This document shows, piece after piece, positions 1-9,943 of a DNA stretch of 64,000 nucleotides (positions are counted from its first letter, which is position 1; each line of letters begins with the position of its first letter). Position numbers and translations under genes: made by a program. Location of the stretch: NCBI GenBank assembly GCA_036391275.1, contig DASWAE010000016.1:4966-68965 (forward strand). The letters run 5' to 3'. The notes beneath the pieces are model-generated. The model was given only the letters and a program-made list of their open reading frames with translations. It did no database searches and had not been told where the DNA came from. The DNA is from Trebonia sp. Lineage in GTDB: Bacteria > Actinomycetota > Actinomycetes > Streptosporangiales > Streptosporangiaceae.

Positions 1-1
1 G

Positions 2-1960
2 CTGCTGCGCAGCACCCCAGCGGCCGAACTCGCCGACCGTTACCCCGGCCGGCTGGCCGGGGTGATCGGGGACGACGCGCTGGCGTCGCCGGCCTCGCTA
101 GTCGTCATCATCGGGCGCACTCCCGCGCAGCTGGCCGCCATGCCTGGCAGCGCGCAGGTGACGTCGATCGCGGCGGCGGTGCCCGGCCGGTTCTCCGACC
201 AGCTGAATCCCACGGGCCTGTTCTTCATGCCGGCCGACCCGGGAATCCAGTCCAGCGGCATGGACCTCATCTTGTCCGTCATAGCGCTGGGCATGCTGAC
301 CCCGGTGCTGGTCTTCATCGCCACCGCGACCCGGCTGTCGGCCGCCCGCCGCGAGCAGCGGTTCGCGGCGATGCGCCTGGCCGGCGCGACCCGCAAGCAG
401 GTCTCCCTGGTGGCCGCCGTGGAGTCGACGGTGGCCGGGGTGCTGGGGGTGGCGGTCGGCTTCGGCATCTTCCTCCTGCTGCGCGACCCGGTCGCGGGCA
501 TCCCGTTCTTCGGCCAGCCGTTCTTCCCTGGCCAGCTGTCGCTCAGCCCGGCCGATATCCTCGCCGTCGCGATCGGTGTGCCCGTCGCCGCCGCCGTGGC
601 CGCGCGGCTGGCGCTGCGGCGGGTGCACATCTCCCCGCTCGGCGTCGCCCGCCGGGTGACGCCGAAGCCGCCCCGGGCCTGGCGGGTGATACCGCTGCTG
701 ATCGGCCTGGCCGAACTTGGCCTCTTCGCCGTCCGCGGTGGCCAGCTGTCCATCGATACGGAGACGCGGGTGCTCGTGTCCGGGTTCCTGCTGATCATGG
801 TCGGGCTGATCATCGCGGGTCCGTGGCTGACAATGGCCGTGGCCAGGATCATGGCCCGGCGGACCAGCCGCCCCGGCACGCTGCTCGCCGCCCGCCGCCT
901 GGCCGACGACCCGAGGGCGGCGTTCCGCGCGGTCAGCGGCCTGGTGCTCGCCCTGTTCATCACCACCGTGGCCGTGGTGGCCATCACCACGCAGAACGCC
1001 AAGGAAGGCACGCGGTTCGGCAGCGCCGCCGCGGTCCCCGTGGTGACGGACCAGTTCGCAAGGTCGCCAGGGTTCGCGTCCCCCCGGCAGGGGCAACCCG
1101 TAACCGGCTCCGGGCAGGCCGCCCCCGCCGCGCCGCTCGCGGCGCGGTTGCGCGGGATTTCCGGTGTCCAGGGGGTGGTCGTGGTCCGCGCGGTGCCGGG
1201 GCTGAACATCCCCATGAGTTTCCAGGGCATGGACGGCCCGCCCGCGGGCGTGGTCTCGTGCGCGCAGCTCGCGACCATTCCCGTCCTTGGCCGCTGCCCG
1301 GCCGGGGCGACCACGGCGGAGTTCCCTGCGGACGGGTTCAACGGCCCCCTGCAGGGCGTGAGCAACGCCGGGATCACCTGGCCCGCCGCGCACGTCCCGG
1401 CCGCGCGCCTTGACGGCCTCGGGGTGGACGCCATCGACGTAGCGACGAACGGATCCGTGCCGGCGATCGAACGGACGCGGACGGTGCTTGAGAGCGCACC
1501 CGCGTATTCCGGCCTTGCCGTGCCGTTCAGCCTCAGCGACTGGGTCACGCAGGACCGGTCGAGCAACGACGCGTACCAGCAGCTCGCGAACACGATCATC
1601 CTGGTCAGCCTGCCGATCGCCGGCTGCACGCTCGCCGCGGGCATCGCGGCCGGGCTCGCCGACCGCAAGCGCCCGTTCAGCCTGCTGCGACTCACCGGCG
1701 CCCGGCTGTCCATGCTGCGCCGCGTGGTCGCGCTGGAAAGCGCCATCCCGCTGCTCGCCGTCGCCGCCGTCGCGATCGGCACCGGGTTCGGCGCTGCCGC
1801 GGAGTACGCCTCGGTAGCGCAGAATTACCACATGGTGGCGCCGGGCACCGCGTACTACATCCTCACCGCGGCCGGGATCCTGGTCTCCCTCGGCATCATC
1901 GCGGCCACCTTCCCCCTGCTCCGACGCATTACCGGTCCCGAGGTCGCGAGGAACGAGTGA
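2..1960 (+). CDS. FtsX-like ABC transporter permease (5'-truncated by window edge)
   Basis: Frame is open from base 2 (LLRSTPAAELADRYPGRLAGVIG). Multiple TM segments, 'RREQRFAAMRLAGAT' and 'DRKRPFSLLRLTG' FtsX-type motifs. Clear paralog of 37214-39541. Confidence 0.85.
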   Translation: MLRSTPAAELADRYPGRLAGVIGDDALASPASLVVIIGRTPAQLAAMPGSAQVTSIAAAVPGRFSDQLNPTGLFFMPADPGIQSSGMDLILSVIALGMLTPVLVFIATATRLSAARREQRFAAMRLAGATRKQVSLVAAVESTVAGVLGVAVGFGIFLLLRDPVAGIPFFGQPFFPGQLSLSPADILAVAIGVPVAAAVAARLALRRVHISPLGVARRVTPKPPRAWRVIPLLIGLAELGLFAVRGGQLSIDTETRVLVSGFLLIMVGLIIAGPWLTMAVARIMARRTSRPGTLLAARRLADDPRAAFRAVSGLVLALFITTVAVVAITTQNAKEGTRFGSAAAVPVVTDQFARSPGFASPRQGQPVTGSGQAAPAAPLAARLRGISGVQGVVVVRAVPGLNIPMSFQGMDGPPAGVVSCAQLATIPVLGRCPAGATTAEFPADGFNGPLQGVSNAGITWPAAHVPAARLDGLGVDAIDVATNGSVPAIERTRTVLESAPAYSGLAVPFSLSDWVTQDRSSNDAYQQLANTIILVSLPIAGCTLAAGIAAGLADRKRPFSLLRLTGARLSMLRRVVALESAIPLLAVAAVAIGTGFGAAAEYASVAQNYHMVAPGTAYYILTAAGILVSLGIIAATFPLLRRITGPEVARNE

Positions 1961-1968
1961 GCTAGCCG

Positions 1969-4080
1969 TCAAGCGATCCGGCCGGCGTAGCGGCGGGTGA
2001 AGCCGTCGCTGGTGTTCGCGGTGATGATCACGTCGTAGTACCCCTCGGCGGCAACGGGCCACGTGACGTTCACCGACCCGTTCGCGCCGACCGTCACGGT
2101 CTGGGTGGGGCCGGCGTAGTCGTTGACCGCGATGGTGTAGCTCACCGCCGTGGTGCCGTCGTTGGCGAGCGTGAGCCGCAGCGCGGGCGGTGACCCGGTG
2201 ACCGGCATCGCGGATACCCGGGGGATCTGTCCCGTTGTCGCGCCGGCCGCGACGATGTCGCCCGCGAACGAGCGGACGAACCCGTCCGGCCCGTAGATCG
2301 AAAAGGCGTAGCCGTAGCTGTTCTTCTTGGCCGCGGTCCACGTGTAGGTCCTGTCCGTGCCCTCGACGACCGTGAACGGGCTGGCGGAGGCAGTCAGGTA
2401 CTTGTCAGGGACGACGAAGAGCGAGACGCCGACCTGCCCGGCGTTGGACATCGTGGCGGTCACCGTGCAGGCGGCGCGGTCGACGGTGACGTCGGCGTGC
2501 GGCATGTGCAGGCTCGGCCGGTGCGGGCGGGTGCCTGGCTCCTGGCTTGGCATCGCCTGTGCGCCCTCGGCCGGCGGGGCGACGGCCGGGAAAGTTTTCG
2601 CCGCGTCGGACTGGGCGATGAGCGGCACGGTGTCTGGCAGCGAGGGGACCGAGAAGTCCGGGCTGGTGAAGTCGAACGCGGCGGTCAGGTCGCCGGTGAC
2701 CGAGCGCCGCCAGGCCGTGATGTTGGGGGCCTGCACGCTGGTCCAGGTCTCCAGGAAGCGGAGCACCGAGGTGTGGTCGTAGCTGTTGGAGTCGACGTAC
2801 CCGCCGCGCGTCCACGGCGAGCAGATGATCATCGGCACCCGCGAACCCGGGCCGATCGGCAGCCCGCTGATGAACTCGCTGGTAACCGTTGCCTCGGGAG
2901 CCGCCGGCGGCACGTGGTCGAAGTAGCCGTCGTGCTCGTCGTAGGTGATGAACAGCGCCGTGGTCTCCCACAGCGCCTGGTTGCCCATCAGCGCCTCAAG
3001 CACCGTCCGCACGTAGTGCGCGCCGTAGCTGGGGCTCGCCGACGGGTGCTCGGAGTACTCGTAGGGTGCGACGATCCAGCTCACCTGGGGAATCGTCCCC
3101 GCGGTGCAGTCGGAGACGAAGCGGGCGAGCACGTGGTTGACATGGTTCGGGCCGAGCGGGGTGCCCGCGTTCGGCTGCCACGGCTGCACGGCGCCCTGGA
3201 CGGCGAGCTGCTGCCCCGCCGTCGTGGCGGCCTTCTCCGAGGCCTGGTACTGCTGGTAGAACCACAGCGGGTTGTCGCCGTAGTCACCCACCCACCCGTC
3301 GTTCCCTTCGCCGTCGCCGACCTCGTGGTTGGTGTACACCTGCCAGGAGATGCCCGCCTTCAGCAGCAGCTCCGGGTAGGTGGTGATGTCGGCGAACTGC
3401 ACGGTGTAGTCCGGCGGGTTGTCCGTCCAGCCGTGCGACGTGCCTGCCCAGAGGTACATCCGGTTCGGGCTGGTCGGCCCGAGGATCGACTGGTGGTAGC
3501 CGTCGCAGATGGTGAACGCGTCGGCGAGCGCGTAGTTGAACGGCAGGTCGTCGCGGGTGAAGTACCCCATCGTCCGCTCGGTCTTGGCGGCGATCCAGTT
3601 GTTCCACAGCCCGCCGTTGCGGGCGCTGTGGTCGCCGGCCCAGCTGTGGTCGAGCTCGCCCGCGTTCTGCGCGTGCACCTTGCCCGAGTCCATGTGGAAG
3701 GGCAGCAGGTACCCCAGGTCGGCGCGCGACTTGTCGGGCTGCTCGAAGATCGTGGCGCCGTTCTGGTACCTGAGGGCCTGCTTGTCGGAGAAGCCCCGGA
3801 CGCCCCGCAGGGTGCCGTAGTAATGGTCGAACGACCGGTTCTCCTGCATGAGGATCACCACGTGCTTCAGGTCCGCGATCGTCCCCGTCGCCGCGTGGTT
3901 CTGCCTGAAAGCTCCGCCCAGCTGGCTGGCTCCCACCCCGACCGCGGCGGCCCCGGCAAGCGCGCCGCCCACCTGCAGGAACCGGCGGCGGCTAACCGCC
4001 GCGAGGAAGGGCGCTGGCTCACGGTAATCGGTACCGGGCAACTCTCCCTCAGGCCGATCCCCCGGGTCGTCCTTGTCCAT
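1969..4080 (-). CDS. Tat-exported phospholipase C, phosphocholine-specific type (phosphoesterase domain + C-terminal DUF756-like repeats)
   Basis: Twin-arginine signal SRRRFLQ; 'KHVVILMQENRSFDHYYG', 'TSPNR', 'SEHP', 'YDEHDGYFDHV' motifs. Start could also be 4098. Confidence 0.9.
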   Translation of the reverse strand: MDKDDPGDRPEGELPGTDYREPAPFLAAVSRRRFLQVGGALAGAAAVGVGASQLGGAFRQNHAATGTIADLKHVVILMQENRSFDHYYGTLRGVRGFSDKQALRYQNGATIFEQPDKSRADLGYLLPFHMDSGKVHAQNAGELDHSWAGDHSARNGGLWNNWIAAKTERTMGYFTRDDLPFNYALADAFTICDGYHQSILGPTSPNRMYLWAGTSHGWTDNPPDYTVQFADITTYPELLLKAGISWQVYTNHEVGDGEGNDGWVGDYGDNPLWFYQQYQASEKAATTAGQQLAVQGAVQPWQPNAGTPLGPNHVNHVLARFVSDCTAGTIPQVSWIVAPYEYSEHPSASPSYGAHYVRTVLEALMGNQALWETTALFITYDEHDGYFDHVPPAAPEATVTSEFISGLPIGPGSRVPMIICSPWTRGGYVDSNSYDHTSVLRFLETWTSVQAPNITAWRRSVTGDLTAAFDFTSPDFSVPSLPDTVPLIAQSDAAKTFPAVAPPAEGAQAMPSQEPGTRPHRPSLHMPHADVTVDRAACTVTATMSNAGQVGVSLFVVPDKYLTASASPFTVVEGTDRTYTWTAAKKNSYGYAFSIYGPDGFVRSFAGDIVAAGATTGQIPRVSAMPVTGSPPALRLTLANDGTTAVSYTIAVNDYAGPTQTVTVGANGSVNVTWPVAAEGYYDVIITANTSDGFTRRYAGRIA

Positions 4081-4185
4081 GCTTCGCAGTCCTCTCACAG
4101 CGCGAGGGCGTCAGCAGCGAGCAAAGCCACTCAAGCGATCGCTCCACATCGAGCCTAGATAACATTCACAGCCCCCTGCGACATC

Positions 4186-4235
4186 TATCCCCCCAGGTGG
4201 ATATGTTATTATCGTTCTATCCCCCTGGGGGGATA
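4186..4235. promoter_or_regulatory. Tandem C-tract/G-tract palindromic operators, CsoR/RicR-family-like
   Basis: TATCCCCCCAGGTGGATA (4186-4203) and TATCCCCCTGGGGGGATA (4218-4235); the two are inverted copies with 1 mismatch, directly upstream of the AhpD-like gene. Confidence 0.7.
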
Positions 4236-4258
4236 CCTGGCGAAGGGAGCCCACTCGC

Positions 4259-4639
4259 ATGCCTGATCACACCTCCTCCCATGGCAAGACCGTGCTCCGC
4301 GAGCTATCCCCGCTTAACCGCGAGCTCCGGCGAAGCATCCCCGACGTCTACGCGGGATTCCGCGAACTGCACCGGGCGGCGTTCGCCGCCGGGGCACTTG
4401 ACGTTCGCACCAAGGAACTCATCGCCCTAGCGATCGGTGTGGTCGAAGGATGCGACGGCTGCATCGCCTCCCACGCGCAAGCCGCCGCGATCGCGGGCGC
4501 GACCCGCCAGGAGGCTGCCGAGGCGATCGGCGTCACCTTCCTGATGAAGGGCGGCCCCGCCACGATCTACGGTCCCCGCGCTTATGATGCGTTCTGCGAG
4601 TTCGCCAAGGCGCGCGAAGGGGGCGAGAACGCGGCCTGA
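4259..4639 (+). CDS. Carboxymuconolactone decarboxylase / AhpD-like protein
   Basis: 'GALDVRTKELIALAI' and 'GCDGCIASH' (CxxC..H) motifs; SD-like GAAGGGAG upstream. Confidence 0.9.
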   Translation: MPDHTSSHGKTVLRELSPLNRELRRSIPDVYAGFRELHRAAFAAGALDVRTKELIALAIGVVEGCDGCIASHAQAAAIAGATRQEAAEAIGVTFLMKGGPATIYGPRAYDAFCEFAKAREGGENAA

Positions 4640-4706
4640 TCCCTAGGGGCAAGCTAGCCAAGCCGCCATATTTCGAGATCACGGCGAGGCGGCTGGACCG
4701 CGACGG

Positions 4707-5726
4707 TCAGAGCTTGAACGCGGCGGTCATGGTGGCCGCCGAGGCCGCCTGCCCGAGGGCGGGAAGGCCAAGGAGATGCTCGGTTGTCGCGAGCAGCGAG
4801 TAGTGATTGAACAGGGTGGCGGAGGTCGAGCCGGCCGGGGTAGACGGGCTGATCACTATCGTGAGCACGCGGCAGCTGTTGTCGGAGGTGTTCGTGGCAC
4901 AATCCTCTGCGGTCCCGCCGTCCGAGCCCTCATCGAACGTGACGAAGACGGCTGTGGTGCCGGAGGTGTATGCGGGGCTGGCGAGGATCGGCGGCAAGTT
5001 GCTGCTCAGCCACGAGTCGCCCTGAGCGATCGTGCCGTCGTGCATGTCGCTGATGAGGTTCGGCGTGACGAACGAGAAGGCTGGCAAGGCGTTGCTCGCC
5101 AGGTCGGTCGCGAGCTGGGGGTAGGGCACGTCGTCAGCCGGGCAGGTAGTCAGCGTCGCGAAGTAGGCCGGCGGGTTGTGCCGGACGGCATAGTCGCCGG
5201 AGTTCGCCTTGGCGCAGTTGGATGGCATCGACTCCTCGTATGCCTTCCAGGTCTCGCCTTGTGAGAAGATGCTTGACCCCGAGGATGTGCACGTGTCCGC
5301 GGGATCGCAGTCACTGCTGAACGGCGTGAGGCTGGAGGCGGCGAGGCCGGAGGTGGCGCCAACATAGTTCGGCAGGCTGGGGTGAGTCAGGCTGTGGTAG
5401 TTAGTCGCCACGCCGCACCTGGCGGCGATCGAGTTGAAGTACGGCGCGGATGAGCTGCCGAAGACGTCGGAATATGAGTGGTTCTCGAACCAGATCCAGA
5501 TGACGTGCCGGTAAACGGGCGCTGTCGTCCTCGTGCCACACGGGCCAGCGGCGCTGCTTGACAGCGTTCGGGTAGCACTGCCGGGAGCGGCCGTCGACCC
5601 GGGGGCATTGCCGGACGTCGATGAGCTCGTAGCGGGGCTGCACCCGGCGACGACAGCACTGACCAGCAGCGCCGCCGCCGCAGGCACTAGGGCCGTACGC
5701 CTGCCGGGCGAGAACTTGGTGGACAT
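4707..5726 (-). CDS. Secreted/lipoprotein phosphoesterase (acid phosphatase-like)
   Basis: Lipobox VAGC; 'HVIWIWFENHSY', 'HPSLPNY', 'YAVRHNP', 'DMHDG', 'FVTFDEG', 'NHYSLLAT'. Confidence 0.85.
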   Translation of the reverse strand: MSTKFSPGRRTALVPAAAALLVSAVVAGCSPATSSSTSGNAPGSTAAPGSATRTLSSSAAGPCGTRTTAPVYRHVIWIWFENHSYSDVFGSSSAPYFNSIAARCGVATNYHSLTHPSLPNYVGATSGLAASSLTPFSSDCDPADTCTSSGSSIFSQGETWKAYEESMPSNCAKANSGDYAVRHNPPAYFATLTTCPADDVPYPQLATDLASNALPAFSFVTPNLISDMHDGTIAQGDSWLSSNLPPILASPAYTSGTTAVFVTFDEGSDGGTAEDCATNTSDNSCRVLTIVISPSTPAGSTSATLFNHYSLLATTEHLLGLPALGQAASAATMTAAFKL

Positions 5727-5863
5727 GATGATCACCCCGTCCCTGTCGTGAGACTGTAGCTCACCGCCGTGGTGCCGTCGTTGGCAAGTGAGAGAGAGTC
5801 CTGAGCGCTGGAAGTCCGGAGCCCGAGCGGTATTCAGTAAGGGAATAGCGGGACCCGCGGTGC

Positions 5864-5917
5864 GATGAAGGTTTTTCAGCGCGATAACGCGAAAAGCTCT
5901 TCATAATCTGATCATGG
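5864..5917. repeat. Dispersed ~50-bp palindromic REP-like element, copy 1
   Basis: GATGAAGGTTTTTCAGCGCGATAACGCGAAAAGCTCTTCATAATCTGATCATGG aligns by eye to the copies at 14615 (reverse) and 45978. Confidence 0.6.
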
Positions 5918-5947
5918 ATTTGAGCTGCTATTGCGTGCACCTAAGGA

Positions 5948-6401
5948 CTACAAAACGGGCTTGACCCATCGAGTCCAGTCGTCCTGCGCCTGATAGCCCA
6001 TGGCCTCCAGGCTGCGGCCCATTGACATTGCTAGTCAGCACCATTGCATCGAACCGGATCGCACCGAGTGCACGAAGCCGTGCCTCCGCACGCTCCACCA
6101 GCAGCCTCGCAATCCCTCTTCCACGATGACCGGGGGCAACCGCCAAGCGGTACAGGTGCGCTCGCCAGCCATCCCACCCGGCAATCACCGTCCCGACTAT
6201 GCTCCCGTCCGACTCGGCAACCATGAGGGAATCGGGGTCGCGCGACAGCAAAGCCGCAACGAGGCCCGCGCTGTCAGCGGGGCGACCGTGATTCTCGCCT
6301 GCCTCGGCCCAAAACGCCAAGAGCACCGCGAGGTCCTGGCGCTGCCCGCACCGAATGGTGATGCCGGGGCTAGGGTGCGCGCCTCCGTCAGGGTGAACCA
6401 T
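5948..6401 (-). pseudogene. GNAT acetyltransferase with a frameshift near the 3' end
   Basis: 'IVGTVIAGWDGWRAHLYRLAVAPGHRGRGIA' acetyl-CoA motif. The family-like C-terminus (MGYQAQDDWTRWVKPVL*, stop at 5948) lies in another frame, with the shift near 6025. Could be a sequencing error. Confidence 0.65.
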
Positions 6402-7033
6402 GATCAAAGTTTTCCCGAAATGATGCGATCAGACCCATGTTGTCCCAGCCCGTCGAGGGTGGTTCCCAGTCAAAGCCCTAGGCCACATCCCTCGTATACG
6501 GCATCTGCCAGTTGAAACGATACAAGCAGCCACGGATCTGGTTACATAGGGGCCAAGGTGGCGTACATGTGGAGTCCACGGACGCAGGCCGGCGCTAAAG
6601 GGGAGCAATGTTCCGGCGGAGGGCGCCGCCGGACACATAGAGGGGTGGTTGCGTGGGTTTGCAGCTGATGGCACCGGCTGGTCAGGCAGGCCAGCCGCTT
6701 GAATGCGTAATTACATTCGAAAAATCATGCTGGCGGGTTCCTGCGCAGCGGCCATAGCGGCGATCGCGGCTGCCGGGGTGCGCGTCGGCACCCTGCGGAC
6801 GCTAGGTACCTGGCGCTGAGCCCGCTGCCGTGGATGACGGCGGTGCGCCTCTTCGGCGGGCACGAGAGGCTCAGGACCCTCGCCTGGGACCTAGCGAAGA
6901 CGGGCGCCGACCCATGGGCCGCGCCCGCGCTGCTCGTCAAAGTATCCGGAGCGTACTGAGCAGACGAGCCATCGAGATTATCCAGGGAAAGGGGTCGCCC
7001 GCACGGCACCATTACCCCCTGACTTTCATCACC

Positions 7034-7045
7034 GTGAATATTCAC
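7034..7045. promoter_or_regulatory. Perfect 12-bp AT-rich palindrome, candidate operator
   Basis: GTGAATATTCAC, about 90 bp upstream of the oxidoreductase start. Confidence 0.35.
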
Positions 7046-7134
7046 TATATAGAAGGTTGACCAGAAGCGCATGGGGTCTCGCTGTATCATGCGGGCACCA
7101 CGCTCGACCCCTCTCTGTCTATAAGGAGTAGCTC

Positions 7135-8367
7135 GTGTCGGATACTGAAGTAGTTGTCATCGGCGCTGGCCCATTCGGCCTCTCGATTTCTGCGCACCTT
7201 AGCGCGCTCGGCGTCGATCACCTCATCGTCGGGCGCACGAATAACACGTACCGCTCGGTCGTGCCGAAAGGCATGATCATGAAGTCTGAGCCGTATGCGT
7301 CGACGATCGCCTCGCCCGACGGCAAGTACTCCCTCGCGGCGTTCAGCGCGGCCCACGGCCTTGACTACGTTGACCGCGTCGGCCCGGTGACCGGGGACCG
7401 ATTCGTTGAATACGTCGCCTGGTACGCCGAGCGGCTGGTCCCAGGCGTCCTGGACGACACCGTGACCGATGTGACCCCGGTGGACGGGGGCTTCCGCGTG
7501 TCGTTCGCGAATGCGGCGCCGGTCACCGCGGGGCAGGTGGTCGTCGCGACCGGGGTGCTCCCGTACCACTACGTGCCCGCCGAGCTGGCCGGGCTGCCTG
7601 ACGACCTGCTCACGCACACGGCCAGGCACATTGCGGTTGATGACTTCAAGGGGCGCAAGGTCGCGGTGGTGGGAGCGGGCCAGTCGGCGCTTGAGACGGC
7701 CGCGCTGCTGCACGAGACCGGGGCCGACGTCCAGGTCATCGCGCGCACCCAGCAGCTCAGCTGGCCCGAGAAGAACCCGGAGCACCTGAGCGCGCTCGGC
7801 CACATCAAGCGACCGGTGACTCAGTTGTGCGAGGGCTGGTACTGCGCATTCATGTATTCCCCGCGGGCCTTCAGCATGCTGTCGGAGAGCAGGCGGATCT
7901 TCTATGCGAAGAATGTGCTTGGCCCGGCCGGCTCATGGTGGCTGAAGGACCGGGTGGAGGGCGTTATCGACGTACTGACCGGGCACGGCGTCAAGGAGGC
8001 GGTCGCGAAGGGCAGCGGGGTACGGCTCGTTCTCGACGGTCCCGGCCAGCCGGAAATCGATGCCGACCACGTGATCGCGGGCACCGGGTTCCGGGTGGGC
8101 CTTGACCGGCTGCCCTTCCTGCCGGAGCACCTTCGCTCAGTCATCAAGACCGTCAACAACCACCCGGTGGTGAGCCGGTCCGGGGAGACGTCGGTGTCGG
8201 GGCTGTACTTCGCCGGCGCCCCCACCGTGGTCTCCATTGGCCCGTCCGCCCGGTTCATCGCGGGAACGCACACGCTCTCAGCGCTCCTTGCCAAGTCGGT
8301 CGCCCGGCGGGCTCGTACTAGGCGGAATGCGAGCACTGACAAGCCAGAACTGGCACGAGTTCCCTAA
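7135..8367 (+). CDS. FAD/NAD(P)-dependent oxidoreductase (flavoprotein monooxygenase-like)
   Basis: Two Rossmann motifs (VIGAGPFG; VVGAGQSA), VVATG, IAGTGF, 'TSVSGLYFAG'. SD AAGGAG before GTG. Confidence 0.85.
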   Translation: MSDTEVVVIGAGPFGLSISAHLSALGVDHLIVGRTNNTYRSVVPKGMIMKSEPYASTIASPDGKYSLAAFSAAHGLDYVDRVGPVTGDRFVEYVAWYAERLVPGVLDDTVTDVTPVDGGFRVSFANAAPVTAGQVVVATGVLPYHYVPAELAGLPDDLLTHTARHIAVDDFKGRKVAVVGAGQSALETAALLHETGADVQVIARTQQLSWPEKNPEHLSALGHIKRPVTQLCEGWYCAFMYSPRAFSMLSESRRIFYAKNVLGPAGSWWLKDRVEGVIDVLTGHGVKEAVAKGSGVRLVLDGPGQPEIDADHVIAGTGFRVGLDRLPFLPEHLRSVIKTVNNHPVVSRSGETSVSGLYFAGAPTVVSIGPSARFIAGTHTLSALLAKSVARRARTRRNASTDKPELARVP

Positions 8368-8428
8368 CCGCGAGCCGGTCGTGGCCGGAGGAAGGGACAG
8401 TTCCTCGCTGGATTGGCCGTGTAGTCAG

Positions 8429-8467
8429 CCCGGGGAAGAGATACCTACCCGGTATCTCTTCCCCGGG
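8429..8467. terminator. 17-bp perfect stem-loop (terminator or mRNA stabiliser)
   Basis: CCCGGGGAAGAGATACC-TACCC-GGTATCTCTTCCCCGGG. Confidence 0.7.
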
Positions 8468-8651
8468 TGCGGTCTCCAGCCTCCTTACCTTCGGCATACC
8501 GCTGGCTTTGTTTCGCGAGCATTGGCTAATTTGACTGCGAAATCCGGGTGATTAGCAGTGGGGCTATCGTGCATGACACCGTGCTGATACCTTTGTTGTC
8601 ATTTCCTGCCCCGCGCGCGCGAGGGCTGCTTCGATACAATGGGGGGACTGA

Positions 8652-9923
8652 ATGTCCGGAATCACGCCTAGCGGACTGGTGCGGGACGAATCCGCTGCTC
8701 GGGGTGAGCGCGAACGTTACGACATCCTAATCTTGGACGGCGCATCCAAGCAGGCCGTGACGAGCGCACGGAGCCTTGGCCGGGCAGGGCTGCGCGTCGC
8801 CATCGGCGAGAGCGTCGGTGAGTTTCAGTTCAACCTGAAACCGCCGGCGTTTCGTTCCCGCTATTGCGCGCGCGCGGTGGCGCTGCCGGACTATATCGGT
8901 GACCCCGCGCCGTACGCGGAGGCGATCATCGGATTCGTCCGTGATCATGGTGTCAGGGCCGTCTTGCCGACCGGCGACGCGAGCATCGTGGAACTGGCAC
9001 CATACCGGGAGCGGTTCGCTGTACTCGGCTGCACGCTCGCGATGGCGTCGGACGGGGCGTTGAAGATCGCTAATGACAAGAGCCTCACGCTCGAGGTAGC
9101 GGCCCGGCTTGACATCGCCTACCCGAAGTCCGTTCAGGTGACCGGAGTTGAAGACCTGCGCGCGGCCGAGGCCCAGTTCGGTTACCCGTTCGTCCTGAAG
9201 CCGACGATCTCGTGGACCGGAGAGGCGGCCGACCGGGTCTTTCCCGTCGATGTGATCAACGAGGCAGAGGCCAGGGAGGTGACCGCCCGCTTCCTCGCGA
9301 CAGGTTGCGGGGTCCTTGCGCAGCAGTGGGCGAGTGGCCGCCGTGAGGGAGTAACTCTCCTCATGGCTGACGGGGAGGTGCTGGGCATCTGCGGGGCTGC
9401 CGCACTCCGCACGACCCCGCTGCTTGGCGGTGTCTCGGTCATGCGGGAGAGCATCGTCGTTCCCGCGGACATTCTCGATGCGTCCGTGAACCTGGTCAGG
9501 GCCATCGGCCTCGACGGCCCGGCGGAGGTGGAGTGGCGCCGCGACGCGAGCGGACGCCCGCTGCTCATGGAGATAAATGCGAGGCTGGCCGGGACGCTTG
9601 AGAACGCGAACAAGTCTGGTGTCGATTTCCCGATGCTGATCTGGCAGTGGGCGACCGGCCAGCGAGTCCAGCCGGTACTGACGTACCGGCCCGGCGTCCG
9701 GACCCGCTGGCTGGTCGGCGATCTCCGCTGGCTGTGGAATAACCTCCTGCGAGCCGGACGCCCGGACACGGTATCGGCACCACGTGCCATGTGGACATTT
9801 CTCTGGGAATTTGCCCGTACTCGTCATTATGATTACATCGACCACGGCGACATGAGGCCTGCGCTGTCAGAGTGGCGGCAGATCGTGGTGACCGCCTGGA
9901 ATATGCTTCGCGGTAACAATTAG
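8652..9923 (+). CDS. ATP-grasp (carboxylate-amine ligase family) protein
   Basis: 'NDKSLT', 'GYPFVLKP', 'LAQQWASG', 'EVEWRRD..LMEINARL' ATP-grasp signature. Confidence 0.85.
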   Translation: MSGITPSGLVRDESAARGERERYDILILDGASKQAVTSARSLGRAGLRVAIGESVGEFQFNLKPPAFRSRYCARAVALPDYIGDPAPYAEAIIGFVRDHGVRAVLPTGDASIVELAPYRERFAVLGCTLAMASDGALKIANDKSLTLEVAARLDIAYPKSVQVTGVEDLRAAEAQFGYPFVLKPTISWTGEAADRVFPVDVINEAEAREVTARFLATGCGVLAQQWASGRREGVTLLMADGEVLGICGAAALRTTPLLGGVSVMRESIVVPADILDASVNLVRAIGLDGPAEVEWRRDASGRPLLMEINARLAGTLENANKSGVDFPMLIWQWATGQRVQPVLTYRPGVRTRWLVGDLRWLWNNLLRAGRPDTVSAPRAMWTFLWEFARTRHYDYIDHGDMRPALSEWRQIVVTAWNMLRGNN

Positions 9924-9943
9924 CTAAATACGCAGGGAGTGAA

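Noticed and set aside
6727-6819. 30-aa ORF (MLAGSCAAAIAAIAAAG...) as a RiPP precursor for the ATP-grasp enzyme
   Set aside because: No SD, no graspetide-like Thr/Ser/Lys-Asp/Glu core, and the ATP-grasp looks like the carboxylate-amine ligase type.
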